A stretch of 64,000 bases of DNA from Rhodothermales bacterium (GCA_013002165.1 JABDKO010000027.1:425-64424), one strand, 5' to 3'; counted from the stretch's first letter, positions 10,423-19,711 are shown. Translations and numbers: made by a program. Notes: generated by a model from the letters alone, not told the origin.

Positions 10423-11046
10423 TCATCGACTAAAACCTTCAGGAAGCGGGAACGCCTTCGCCTTTTCGATTTCGGTATAGTACCCGTAGGCAAGGAATGC
10501 GAGCAATGGTTCGTTGGCAATCATTTCCAGGTCGTCAGACTCAGATATGCGAAGCGACTTACGCGCAACGAACGCCTCCTCGACAATACCGACCATAAGG
10601 CTGTTGTCACCGAAACCGTCGACAATCCTGTCCAGTGAACAGCCGAGGTACAAATAGCTGTTGGCCACGTACTCGCCTGGTATTTTCTTTGCCGGCAACG
10701 TCGGAAAAGCCTGCAGCACTGCTTTCGTATTATCGTCACATCTCGGAGATGACGCGAGACTTGATAGAACCACCTGCGACGGCCTGGGAAACGATACTGT
10801 GAAATATCCGGATCGATCGGCATTCCTGTAAGTCGCATGCTTCGGAGTACAGACAAACCCGAACATGTTGTTCCATCCCATCGGCATGGCCATGTGTTTG
10901 GGCGCAAAATCCGACCTGCCGTCCGGTTCGGTTGTTCCAACCAGGACGAGAGGAGCAACTGTAAAAAACCGGTCCCATATCGGTTTATCGGTGTCTATTT
11001 CGACAATCGATTCCGGATTATTGAAGTCTTCCATTTCTTCCTCCAC
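10423..11046 (-). CDS. Flavin reductase-like FMN-binding domain protein (probable)
   Basis: APLVLVGTTEPDGRSDFAPKHMAMPMG...TPKHATYRNADRSGYFTVSF follows the flavin-reductase-like domain pattern. The gene lies 9 nt upstream of the M20 gene. Confidence 0.6.
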   Translation of the reverse strand: MEEEMEDFNNPESIVEIDTDKPIWDRFFTVAPLVLVGTTEPDGRSDFAPKHMAMPMGWNNMFGFVCTPKHATYRNADRSGYFTVSFPRPSQVVLSSLASSPRCDDNTKAVLQAFPTLPAKKIPGEYVANSYLYLGCSLDRIVDGFGDNSLMVGIVEEAFVARKSLRISESDDLEMIANEPLLAFLAYGYYTEIEKAKAFPLPEGFSR

Positions 11047-11099
11047 TCCTATCCCGAACTCATACCGCCGGTACCCCTACGTGCAATTCATACGGGACA

Positions 11100-11489
11100 T
11101 CACAGGCTTTCAATAACCTGCTTCAGTTGCTCTCTTACCTTTGCGGCAACGGCATTAAGAGACGGATTCTCAACTGCCTGCATTGAGGCAATCGGATCCA
11201 CAGCCGCGACTTCGGTCGTACCTGCGTCTATCTCGCGAACGATAACATTACACGGCAGCATCGTTCCGATTTTCGACTCGGCGTTTAAAGCCTCATGCGC
11301 AAGACCGGGATTGCATGCACCGAGAATCTTGTACTGCGGAAAGTCGATATCGAGCTTCTTCTTGAATGTCGCAGCGACATCAATTTCAGTCAATACTCCA
11401 AAACCGTGCGCTTGCAAGGCCTGGCGCACTACTTCCTCAGTGCTCTCAACCGATTGAGAAAGGGTTTTTGAAAAGTAGTACATGCTCAC
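11100..11489 (-). CDS. DUF302 domain protein
   Basis: 129 aa. ...GFGVLTEIDVAATFKKKLDIDFPQYKILGACNPGLAHEAL... is the characteristic DUF302 text. It overlaps the upstream DUF2892 gene by 4 nt. Confidence 0.8.
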   Translation of the reverse strand: MSMYYFSKTLSQSVESTEEVVRQALQAHGFGVLTEIDVAATFKKKLDIDFPQYKILGACNPGLAHEALNAESKIGTMLPCNVIVREIDAGTTEVAAVDPIASMQAVENPSLNAVAAKVREQLKQVIESL

Positions 11490-11683
11490 TTACCGGCTGG
11501 GGCTATTTTGCAGGTCGATAAACCAAAAATTGAATACGCTGGACAGGAGCCTGCGAAGCCTGTCAGAAGCGGCACGAACCCGATAAGTCCCCACCAGCTG
11601 CCGTAGATGAAACCGAGTACCAGTATCAATATTCCAAAAGATACTCTGATACTGCGATCGATATTTCCGACGTTCTTTTTCAT
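11486..11683 (-). CDS. DUF2892 (YgaP-like) small membrane protein
   Basis: 65 aa. MKKNVGNIDRSIRVSFGILILVLG... with two TM helices is the typical DUF2892 N-terminus. Confidence 0.75.
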   Translation of the reverse strand: MKKNVGNIDRSIRVSFGILILVLGFIYGSWWGLIGFVPLLTGFAGSCPAYSIFGLSTCKIAPAGK

Positions 11684-11850
11684 GTTAGTAATTAGTCATA
11701 GTGACACAAATTAGATGCACCCTGATCTCAGTATGGCACACCGTGGCAACCAGTATATGACTAAACTGTCTGAGTGGGCGTGGCGGAATCTACCCTGTGT
11801 TTGTAGGACGATACCTGATATCCCGATTCTGGGACGGGATGGGCACTCTG

Positions 11851-14235
11851 TTACTCCGAGCGAAGCACATCAACGGGATTCCGCAAGGCCGCGCGCAGGG
11901 ATTGGTGACCAACCGTCGCCAGGGCGATCAGAAGTGTGATCAGTCCCGCTATGATGAACGATGATGGTCCCAGCGGCATACTGAATGCAAACGAATCCAA
12001 CCAGCGATTCAATAGGAACCACGCGACAGGAGCAGAAATCGTAAATGCGATCAGGACGATCGTGGTGGTTTCGGTTGATAGTAACCTGAGAATTTCCGTG
12101 ACGGATGAACCAAGCACCTTGCGTATACCGATCTCCTTCATTCTTCGATTGGCATTCATCGCGGCTATTCCAAACAACCCGAGACAAGAAAGAACGATTG
12201 CCAAAGCTGCAGAGAACAGGATTACCCTTTGCCAGCGTCTTTCTTCCGAGTACAGCTGTCGCAAGCGGTCATCGAGAAACTCGACAACAAATGGTTCATC
12301 TGGCGCGATCCGAGACCATGCCGCTTCGAGTCCGTCCATGACCTCAACGATGTTGCCAGTAGCAAACCTGACCATCGTATAATTCTCACTCGCGAGTAGT
12401 GGGCTCATGTGCAGAATAGTGGGAGGAACTTCTTCACGAAGCGACAGAAAATTGAAGTCTGCTACCACCCCGACTACTTGAACACTGTCAAACTCGGCCA
12501 GGTAACTGCCGACCGGATCTTCCAGATTAAGAGTCTCAACAAAAGCCTCGTTCACAACTATGGAGTTGTCCGCGTCCTGCCCAAACGATGCTGAAAGTGC
12601 TCGGCCCGAAACCAATTCAATTCCGGTAGTTTCAAGAAATTCGGGATCGATTCGCATCGTATAGACGATCTGGGTCTCACCATCTCTGACCAGGACAGTC
12701 CGGGACCAATCGTCTCCAAATGAAGATGACGAGCCACTCACCGAAAGAACGCCCGGGACGGTATCCAGTTGGTCTTGATACAGGTCAGCAACATCCTCTG
12801 CGTTCGCGCGACCGGCATTCATGTCTACGAGGACCAGCTGCTCTGCCTCAAAACCCAGATCGCGCGAGTCGATATACTGCATCTGATTGTGGATCACGAG
12901 AACAGCGGCAATCATCCCGATTGATATTGCAAACTGAGTGACAACAACACCGCGCACAAAGACGTTACTGCGGCCGACGTTGGACTCCTTGTATCGCTCG
13001 CGGGCGAGATACAAGGCAGGATACAGACCAGCCGCTAACGTGCATACTATAATCAGACTAATCGATGCAAACAGAATCCGCGGGGATCGAATAAGATCGA
13101 AAGGCACCTGCTGTTCAGTAAATGAGTTGAAGAACGGCATCATTACGTCGGACAGAAACACTGCCACAATCGTGGCCGCCACCATGATCACGAGCGATTC
13201 TCCAAGAAACTGGGTTATGAGCTGTAACCTGCCTGCACCTAAAGACCGGCGCATCTCGACCTCGCGTTCTCTAAGATCAGCCCGGCCGATCGATTGTGTC
13301 ACAAAATTGACACATGCAATGAAAAGGATCGCGGCTGCAATGAGCAGCAAAATGTTGGAGTATCTTCGGCTCGATACGATTATGTTGAATGCATCGACAT
13401 CCGACGCGAAATGAACGTCATCCAGTGACTGCAATGTGACGGTAAACGCATCGTCCCTGTCCTCGAGCCACCCTTGCTCAATCGAGCTGGCAATTCGCTC
13501 ACCCATGTTAGTGCTAATGATTGCAGCAAGTCCATCTTCGATTGTCGCCTTTGCGATACCGGACTTCGACATCAGATATACACTCGGTCGAAAAGACGTC
13601 CAGGAATCTCCATTTTGCAGGTAGAATCCTGAACCTCCGTAGGCCGCAATAAAATCGAACTGAAAACTCGAATTGGAGGGTGGGTCTTCGATTAGTGCAG
13701 AAACTCGTCGAATGGAAGTTTCAGTCCCTTCAAAAATCTCGATGGTATCGCCTAAATCCAGTGAGTCGCCGTAGAATCGGGTGCTGGCGGATTGAGTTGC
13801 TATGATGCCATCGCGCGATTCGATTCCACGGGCATTTTCGGGAGACCCAAAATCAAAGATGTTAAAGAAATCGGGGTCAACAAACGCAATCGTCACTTCG
13901 TGCTGGTTAGGCTGTACCAATAGCGTAACCCGGCTGAGCATGTATCGTGTCACGTGTTGGACGCCGGGAAGTGTGCTGCGAATTTCTTCAGCCAGTGGGG
14001 AAGCAGTACTCTCTGATCTCTTGGTCGGATTATTTACTCGATGCTCAGTCCGGAATACGCGATAGATCTGATCTGCATTAGTATGAAAACTGTCGTACGA
14101 CGTTTCGTGCGAGACAAACGCCAGAATTACGAGGCAGCTTGCAATCCCGATCGATAGGCCAATAATATTGATAGCCGTATACGCAGGATTACGTTTAAGA
14201 ATCCTCAACCCAATTGTCAGGTAGTTTTTCAGCAT
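11851..14235 (-). CDS. ABC transporter permease, FtsX/MacB-like (two FtsX domains, large periplasmic domains); no adjacent ATPase
   Basis: 794 aa. The N-terminus MLKNYLTIGLRILKRNPAYTAINIIGLSIGIA is the signature of Bacteroidota-type MacB-like permeases. The C-terminus has KEIGIRKVLGSS (FtsX motif). Confidence 0.85.
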   Translation of the reverse strand: MLKNYLTIGLRILKRNPAYTAINIIGLSIGIASCLVILAFVSHETSYDSFHTNADQIYRVFRTEHRVNNPTKRSESTASPLAEEIRSTLPGVQHVTRYMLSRVTLLVQPNQHEVTIAFVDPDFFNIFDFGSPENARGIESRDGIIATQSASTRFYGDSLDLGDTIEIFEGTETSIRRVSALIEDPPSNSSFQFDFIAAYGGSGFYLQNGDSWTSFRPSVYLMSKSGIAKATIEDGLAAIISTNMGERIASSIEQGWLEDRDDAFTVTLQSLDDVHFASDVDAFNIIVSSRRYSNILLLIAAAILFIACVNFVTQSIGRADLREREVEMRRSLGAGRLQLITQFLGESLVIMVAATIVAVFLSDVMMPFFNSFTEQQVPFDLIRSPRILFASISLIIVCTLAAGLYPALYLARERYKESNVGRSNVFVRGVVVTQFAISIGMIAAVLVIHNQMQYIDSRDLGFEAEQLVLVDMNAGRANAEDVADLYQDQLDTVPGVLSVSGSSSSFGDDWSRTVLVRDGETQIVYTMRIDPEFLETTGIELVSGRALSASFGQDADNSIVVNEAFVETLNLEDPVGSYLAEFDSVQVVGVVADFNFLSLREEVPPTILHMSPLLASENYTMVRFATGNIVEVMDGLEAAWSRIAPDEPFVVEFLDDRLRQLYSEERRWQRVILFSAALAIVLSCLGLFGIAAMNANRRMKEIGIRKVLGSSVTEILRLLSTETTTIVLIAFTISAPVAWFLLNRWLDSFAFSMPLGPSSFIIAGLITLLIALATVGHQSLRAALRNPVDVLRSE

Positions 14236-14485
14236 ACCGCGTTAATGTTTTTATCCCGACATCCCAAATCTCGTGCCAGCATGATGGCCGCAGCATTACC
14301 GAAATTCGGCACTTATGGGCGAGTCGTTTCAGGTTCAAGTACGCTACTGAACACAAGCTGCACGAATCCGGACAATAGCGGTGGTTGCCCCGGGCTCTCA
14401 CCCGGACAACCGCCTTTCAACACGTCTTTCGCTTTGGAGGCGCTGTAGCTCCGGTGCCGAGCAACAAGAAACTTGCCCACGAAAC

Positions 14486-14516
14486 AAAAAAAGCCGGCCC
14501 GTGAATACGGACCAGC
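14486..14516 (-). terminator. Rho-independent terminator of tRNA-Asn
   Basis: The minus-strand RNA is GCUGGUCCGU-AUUC-ACGGGCCGGC, a 10-bp stem including 2 G-U pairs. It is followed by UUUUUUU and starts 5 nt after the tRNA 3' end. Confidence 0.75.
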
Positions 14517-14521
14517 TTGTG

Positions 14522-14593
14522 CTCCCCGGGTAGGACTTGAACCTACAACCCTGCGGTTAACAGCCGCATGCTCTACCATTGAGCTACCGAGGA
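14522..14593 (-). tRNA. tRNA-Asn (anticodon GTT), CCA not encoded
   Basis: Hand-folded cloverleaf of 72 nt. Acceptor stem TCCTCGG/CCGGGGA, D arm GCTC-AATGGTA-GAGC, anticodon arm TGCGG-CTGTTAA-CCGCA, variable loop GGGTT, T arm GTAGG-TTCAAGT-CCTAC, discriminator G. Confidence 0.95.
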
Positions 14594-14692
14594 ATATTCC
14601 TGAGATCAGGCAAACTGTAAGATACCACTGGCGACATATACCAAACAAGCCTTTGCCGTGATTTCAAAGAGGGCTGGTCTCTGATGTGACCT

Positions 14693-14741
14693 AAAACCAG
14701 CAACCAACCAAGAACCAACAACCAACAACTAACACCCAACC
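14693..14741 (-). repeat. Imperfect tandem heptamer tract, about 4 copies of GTTGGTT on the minus strand (CAA/CCAA-rich on plus)
   Basis: The minus strand reads GGGTTGGGTGTTAGTTGTTGGTTGTTGGTTCTTGGTTGGTTGCTGGTTTT. It sits immediately after the TAG stop of the M1 peptidase gene and about 100 nt upstream of tRNA-Asn. Confidence 0.6.
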
Positions 14742-16664
14742 CTACTCACCGTGCTCCCACCGGTTGTTCTCACGAGCGACATCCGGCAAAAACAGGTCCG
14801 GGTCAATCTCTGCAGTCATCGGATTGCCAGCCGGGAACTCGACCTTTGCCTCCCGCTGTCCGTCAAGCCAGACGCTGACGGGAAGGCGCCGGTCAACGAT
14901 ACGACCATCGCCATATGTGACACGTACCGGTACCGGCATGGGTACAAGCCCCAGGTCACGTACAGTCACTGTCACCCTGTTATCCTCGACGTCCACCGAG
15001 GCAATAGCCTGATCGAGTGTCCACGTTTCAAAGAACGCAACTCGCCAGAACCAGTCCAGGTCACGGCCGGCTACGTCCTCAAACGTATTGAACAGGTCGT
15101 ACGGCTGCGGATGCTTGTACTGCCATCGAGTGGCGTATTCGCGGTACGCAGTATTGAATCTTTCTTCCCCGAGAACACCGCGGAGTGCATGCATCCAGAC
15201 GGCTGGCTTGTTGTACGAGGCGATTCCACGGGACGGTGTTCCATACGGATACTGATCGCCATGCCGCATAGACTCGGTTTCAGCAGTCGTGCCGGCTATC
15301 CGGTAGTACGATTGCCGATCCGGGTTCCACGAGTCTTCATTCCAGAACTCAGCGGCACCATCGCTGGTATTGAATGACGTAAGACCTTCGTCCATCCAGG
15401 TATACTGTTTTTCATTCTGGCCGACAATCATCGGAAACCACATGTGCCCGATCTCATGATAGGTCGTGCCAAATAGCCGCCGATCATTTCTGTCCCCTCC
15501 GATCAACGTAATCATCGGATACTCCATTCCGCCGCCAATGATACCCTCGACAATAGTCATGTGAGGATACGGATATGGAAAAATATCGGATGAGAGATCT
15601 TCAATGGTAAACTGTCCAAACTCTGCTGCACGATTCCAAGCCGATTTTTCAGGCCGATACAAAGCGTGAATCCGCGTGTACTGATCGCGGCCATTACCAC
15701 TGATGTCACCAGCATTGGCTCGCACTGAATCCCAGACGTATTTTGCACTTGCTCCGAAGGCAAAGTCGCGTACTTGCGCCGCCTCGAACTCCCACGTGTG
15801 GACACCAGTTCTAGAGTCAATCGTCGCACTGCCTCTGTCTTCCGGACTTACGATCTGAATGACCGTATCGCTTCGCGATGCCCGCTTCAGTCGATCCCGC
15901 GTTTCAGCAGTCAAAACATCGGCATCGTTTTGAAGTGTTCCCGTGGCGGCAACCAGGTAATCCTCGGGAACAGTGATTCTCACATTGTAATCTGCGTAGC
16001 CCATGTAGAACTCACCGTTTCCGAAATACTGATCGGCACGCCAGCCTTCAAGGTCGTCGTACACTGCAATCTGCGGATACCAGTATCCCAGATAAAACAC
16101 TTCCCCATCCTGCCCCATCCTCGGTGCCCCGACCTCGGGCACTACGAAACTCCATTGAAAACCAAGCTGGACAGAGTCACCAGGCACTACAGAGTCAGAA
16201 AGACTAACCCGCATGACGGTGCCGTTGATTGAATAGCCGTGACCGCTGCGTGGCGATTGCTCAACGATGTGCGTGCCGTTCACAGATACAACTCCCACCT
16301 TGACGCCACCGGTCAGTGTCTGTGGTCTATTCCGAACTGAGCCCTCGGCATTCAAGTTCTGACGAAGATGAACAAGTACAGCATCCAGTGTGTCAGGCGA
16401 ATTATTGAAATAAGTCACGCTCGAACTGGCACTGAGCCGCGCTTTTTCCGGTGAGAGCACTGCATCGATGGAATAACGCGCATAGTTCGTCCAGTACCTC
16501 GCGCCCGGCTTTCCCGATAGTGTACGGGTGCCATTCTGAACAGCCTCATCAAATTCGGCTGTTGTAAAAACAGGATATGGAATTGGTCGCGATTCCTGAG
16601 CCCGGACTTCGAACGAAATACCGGCCAACAGAACAATAAAACTTGTTAGAATGAAGTGTCTCAC
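14742..16664 (-). CDS. M1-family (gluzincin) aminopeptidase, secreted
   Basis: HEIGHMWF (HExxH) plus the downstream WMDEGLTSF glutamate ligand; signal peptide MRHFILTSFIVLLAGISFEVRAQ. Confidence 0.9.
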   Translation of the reverse strand: MRHFILTSFIVLLAGISFEVRAQESRPIPYPVFTTAEFDEAVQNGTRTLSGKPGARYWTNYARYSIDAVLSPEKARLSASSSVTYFNNSPDTLDAVLVHLRQNLNAEGSVRNRPQTLTGGVKVGVVSVNGTHIVEQSPRSGHGYSINGTVMRVSLSDSVVPGDSVQLGFQWSFVVPEVGAPRMGQDGEVFYLGYWYPQIAVYDDLEGWRADQYFGNGEFYMGYADYNVRITVPEDYLVAATGTLQNDADVLTAETRDRLKRASRSDTVIQIVSPEDRGSATIDSRTGVHTWEFEAAQVRDFAFGASAKYVWDSVRANAGDISGNGRDQYTRIHALYRPEKSAWNRAAEFGQFTIEDLSSDIFPYPYPHMTIVEGIIGGGMEYPMITLIGGDRNDRRLFGTTYHEIGHMWFPMIVGQNEKQYTWMDEGLTSFNTSDGAAEFWNEDSWNPDRQSYYRIAGTTAETESMRHGDQYPYGTPSRGIASYNKPAVWMHALRGVLGEERFNTAYREYATRWQYKHPQPYDLFNTFEDVAGRDLDWFWRVAFFETWTLDQAIASVDVEDNRVTVTVRDLGLVPMPVPVRVTYGDGRIVDRRLPVSVWLDGQREAKVEFPAGNPMTAEIDPDLFLPDVARENNRWEHGE

Positions 16665-16899
16665 GGTGGTGCGAGCTGAGCGGCGATTATTATTGATTCA
16701 GAGATACGGCCTTGTTGTGCAACCTCGAACAGTCCACAGGTCAACAGCGTTGAAAAACCACGCAGGAATCACGGCATACAGACATGTTTACACATGCCAG
16801 CCCCGACGTACATCGCCGAAATTGCACAAATGACCATCGGTACTACGGTAGAGTGACGACGCGGATCAAGACGATGCAATACGTCGGATCTCAGCTGTG

Positions 16900-17358
16900 C
16901 TACGAACCAGCCGTGACTCTGCCGAATATACTTGCCTCGCCATCTTTTCCGATTGCGATGACGTCGTAGTCCACCGGATTAGGTCCTTCCATACCCGGAG
17001 ACCCCTGAGGCATTCCGGGTACTGTAATGCCCTTGATGTCCGGCTTCTCTTCGAGCAGTTTTGTTATAAACTCGGCAGGAACGTGCCCTTCAACAAAATA
17101 GCCATCAACAATTGCTGTGTGGCACGACTGTGCCTGTCGTTGAATACCATGCTGCATTTTGATCGGCTGCATATCGTTGGTATCCCGAACTTGCACTTTG
17201 TATCCGGCTTCCTCTATATGGTCAATCCACTTGGCACAGCATCCACATGTGGGTGACTTGTACACAACGATTTCCTGTGAACTGCTGGTGCTGGTAAAGA
17301 CGAATGCCCCCGCACCGATAACTACGGCGATCAGCCCTGCTAGCAACGGTTTACTCAT
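16900..17358 (-). CDS. DUF411 / CopG-like periplasmic metal-binding protein
   Basis: 152 aa. YKSPTCGCCAKWIDHIEEAGY...CHTAIVDGYFVEGHVP...GMPQGSPGME is the conserved DUF411 text. It lies directly downstream of the multicopper oxidase. Confidence 0.85.
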   Translation of the reverse strand: MSKPLLAGLIAVVIGAGAFVFTSTSSSQEIVVYKSPTCGCCAKWIDHIEEAGYKVQVRDTNDMQPIKMQHGIQRQAQSCHTAIVDGYFVEGHVPAEFITKLLEEKPDIKGITVPGMPQGSPGMEGPNPVDYDVIAIGKDGEASIFGRVTAGS

Positions 17359-17425
17359 AATATCCCTTTTTTTAGAGTTAATCCTGTGCCTACGAAAACA
17401 TCACGATGTGGTTCTCAACAGGCGT

Positions 17426-19129
17426 TTAATTGCTGCCGCGGGGGCCTTCATCGACAGAAAACTTCAGCATCATACCAGCATGCAGGTGCTCAGCGATATG
17501 GCAGTGCATCATCCAATCACCGGGATTTGTAACATCGATCAGCAGATCAATGGTCGAACCAACCGGAATAATGACAGTGTCCTTCCAGACCATGTTCTCA
17601 GGTCTGACGCCGTCTATTGCGGTGATCAGGAAGCGCTGCCCGTGAACATGGAAAGGATGGTTCATCGGATGAAATGATCGCGGCTCGTTGAAAATCCGCA
17701 ACTTCACCAAATCTCCGGTGGAGAAATTCCAATCGATGTTCATGTTCTCGTTTCCGGTATCCGAATCCTTCAGAATCCAGGTGACCTCTTTGCCCGTCGC
17801 CAGCCAGTTCATCATCGGCATGGCATCGTTCCATTCGATCGGAGGCACATACAACGTATCAATTTCCATCGATTGCATGATGGATGTATGTAAACCTTTC
17901 ACTTTGAGTGTAAGCTCCAGTCGATGATCGACGGGTTTGTCAAAGTACTTTTCGAATGATGCTACATCAGCCTGCACGTCCGTGTGTTCGCGCAGGACAT
18001 CAAAATCTGTTTCAAGGTCGCCGGCAGGTTCGTCGGTTACATCAACTGTAACCAGAGTATCTACATGTGGATAAAACTCGCCACGGAAATGATTAATCGC
18101 CTGGATTGTATTTGCAATGTGAACCGTTCCGGCTTGATTAAAACGGACATCGACGATATACCTTTCTGCAGGAGCAATTGGTACACTTGAGATCCACTGT
18201 TCGCGCTCGTACCTGCTTACGTCCGACCCTACAACTTTTACATCCGCATTGCCGAATGTCACATTGAAGGTCCGGGAATTTGCGACGTTGGTGAGATAGA
18301 ATCGAACGACTTCTCCAGCCTTTGTGCTCAATCTATAATCCGGTGAACCGTTAGCCAGCATCACATTTCCGAAACGACCCATGAGCGCGTTCGTCGGCGC
18401 TGTCGCACCGAAAGGAATCAGGCCGAGATCGTCCATTAGGATGTCATCAAGGATCAATACCTCTTCCCGGTGCACTGATCCGTAGTAGTCGTCATTGGGA
18501 GGATCGACGAGCAGATTTCCGTAGAGCCCCAGATCCTGCTGCAGGTCTTCCCTCATATGAGGATGATACCAGTAGATGCCGGCATCCGGAAGTTTGATCT
18601 CGTAGAGGAACGACTCGCCATTTTCGACTGGTGCCTGGGTTATTCCCGGGATCCCGTCGAAGGCATTGTCAATACGTATACCGTGCCAGTGGACGGTGGT
18701 TGGCATTTCAATGTTGTTTACAAAGTCGACATAGATTCGCGCATCGCGCGTTGAACGAATCATCGGGCCCGGGTACTGGCCATTGTAGCCCATCATCACA
18801 AAGTCCTTACCCTCTATTGTTCGCCGGACCAGCATGGCTTCGATCCGGACGGTATCTCCATCTGCCACGGTCATCACTTCGGAAGGGACGGCTTTCGGGA
18901 AATGAGAGACGTTGTGACCGGCTCCGGGAAGAAAGGCTTCTACTGAAGGCACGGCGTCATGCAGTCCCGGTAGCATTGGCATCGACATATCCATTGGCGG
19001 CATCCTCCACTCGTCGACAGCCTGCTCGCCCATGTTCATATTGTGTCCCTCGTGCTGCGCGTATGCTGCAGGCACACTGACAACGATGGCTACTGCAACG
19101 AGCCACATCCTCTTCACAACTCCTGTCAT
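17426..19129 (-). CDS. Multicopper oxidase (CopA/CueO-like), Met/His-rich N-terminal region
   Basis: Copper-ligand motifs HWHGIRI, WYHPH, HPFHVHG and HCHIAEHLHAGMM. Met-rich segment HEGHNMNMGEQAVDEWRMPPMDMSMPMLPG. Start ATG 19129 (MTGVVKRMWLVAVAIVVSVPAAYA) is preferred, because the ORF-track start 19192 overlaps the upstream gene. Confidence 0.9.
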   Translation of the reverse strand: MTGVVKRMWLVAVAIVVSVPAAYAQHEGHNMNMGEQAVDEWRMPPMDMSMPMLPGLHDAVPSVEAFLPGAGHNVSHFPKAVPSEVMTVADGDTVRIEAMLVRRTIEGKDFVMMGYNGQYPGPMIRSTRDARIYVDFVNNIEMPTTVHWHGIRIDNAFDGIPGITQAPVENGESFLYEIKLPDAGIYWYHPHMREDLQQDLGLYGNLLVDPPNDDYYGSVHREEVLILDDILMDDLGLIPFGATAPTNALMGRFGNVMLANGSPDYRLSTKAGEVVRFYLTNVANSRTFNVTFGNADVKVVGSDVSRYEREQWISSVPIAPAERYIVDVRFNQAGTVHIANTIQAINHFRGEFYPHVDTLVTVDVTDEPAGDLETDFDVLREHTDVQADVASFEKYFDKPVDHRLELTLKVKGLHTSIMQSMEIDTLYVPPIEWNDAMPMMNWLATGKEVTWILKDSDTGNENMNIDWNFSTGDLVKLRIFNEPRSFHPMNHPFHVHGQRFLITAIDGVRPENMVWKDTVIIPVGSTIDLLIDVTNPGDWMMHCHIAEHLHAGMMLKFSVDEGPRGSN

Positions 19130-19145
19130 CTTTCCTCTACTTGAT

Positions 19146-19706
19146 CTACTGGTACCCAAACGTCGCACACGGTTCTTGCTGAAAGGGACCATGTCCCGCC
19201 ATCGTATGCATAAGACCGCTGCGCGACATGCCGCGATACCCTACAGGTCCATTCCACCGCGTCGCGTCTGACTGACCTTCATCTTCCAGCGAGACGACTA
19301 CAAGGAACTTGTTCCAGCTTACCCGACCTTCAACGGTGCCGTCATCACCTATTGCGCCTACTCTTGTCACGGTTGCAAGGTCAGGAGTTGTCAGCCAGAC
19401 AACAAATTCTTTCCCGTCAAACACGGGCAAGTTTGAAAACGCCACCTTTAGACGGTACTGGTAGTTGCCATTTTCGCCGACGCTGACTCCGAATGGTGAA
19501 GGCTGATATAGCATATCGCCAAAGCCGGTTGCTGCCCTGACCCGGGGGATACTGCGCGTTGGCACAAGATCGATCCGGTAGTATCGAGGTGGGTCATCAT
19601 CCACTACGCATTCACCGGCAGCTGCCGGAGCGGGAGGAATTGAGAATCCAGACGCCACGACAACGCCGAGCAACACCACAACAAGCGAATTCAGTACAGA
19701 TCTCAT
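19146..19706 (-). CDS. Hypothetical secreted protein with C-terminal Met/His motif (possible Cu-binding); core resembles the anti-sigma-K RskA C-terminal-like fold
   Basis: Start ATG 19706 gives the signal peptide MRSVLNSLVVVLLGVVVASG. FVVWLTTPD...GAIGDDG...VVVSLEDEG...GPV follows the RskA-C-like pattern (weak, from memory). The C-terminus is GMSRSGLMHTMAGHGPFQQEPC. Confidence 0.5.
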   Translation of the reverse strand: MRSVLNSLVVVLLGVVVASGFSIPPAPAAAGECVVDDDPPRYYRIDLVPTRSIPRVRAATGFGDMLYQPSPFGVSVGENGNYQYRLKVAFSNLPVFDGKEFVVWLTTPDLATVTRVGAIGDDGTVEGRVSWNKFLVVVSLEDEGQSDATRWNGPVGYRGMSRSGLMHTMAGHGPFQQEPCATFGYQ

Positions 19707-19711
19707 ATCAA

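Noticed and set aside
10837-11457. 206-aa plus-strand ORF; also 10198-10638 (146 aa) and 10521-10958 (145 aa)
   Set aside because: These are antisense or out-of-frame shadows of the flavin-reductase-like, DUF302 and M20 genes.
14313-14648. 111-aa minus-strand ORF (and 14473-14661 plus-strand ORF)
   Set aside because: It runs straight through the tRNA-Asn gene and its terminator. The tRNA cloverleaf explains the sequence conservation better.
14236-14741. tRNA-Asn as a possible genomic-island integration site
   Set aside because: No integrase, no phage or IS genes on either side, and I found no direct repeat of the tRNA 3' end nearby. Flanking genes look like ordinary chromosomal genes.
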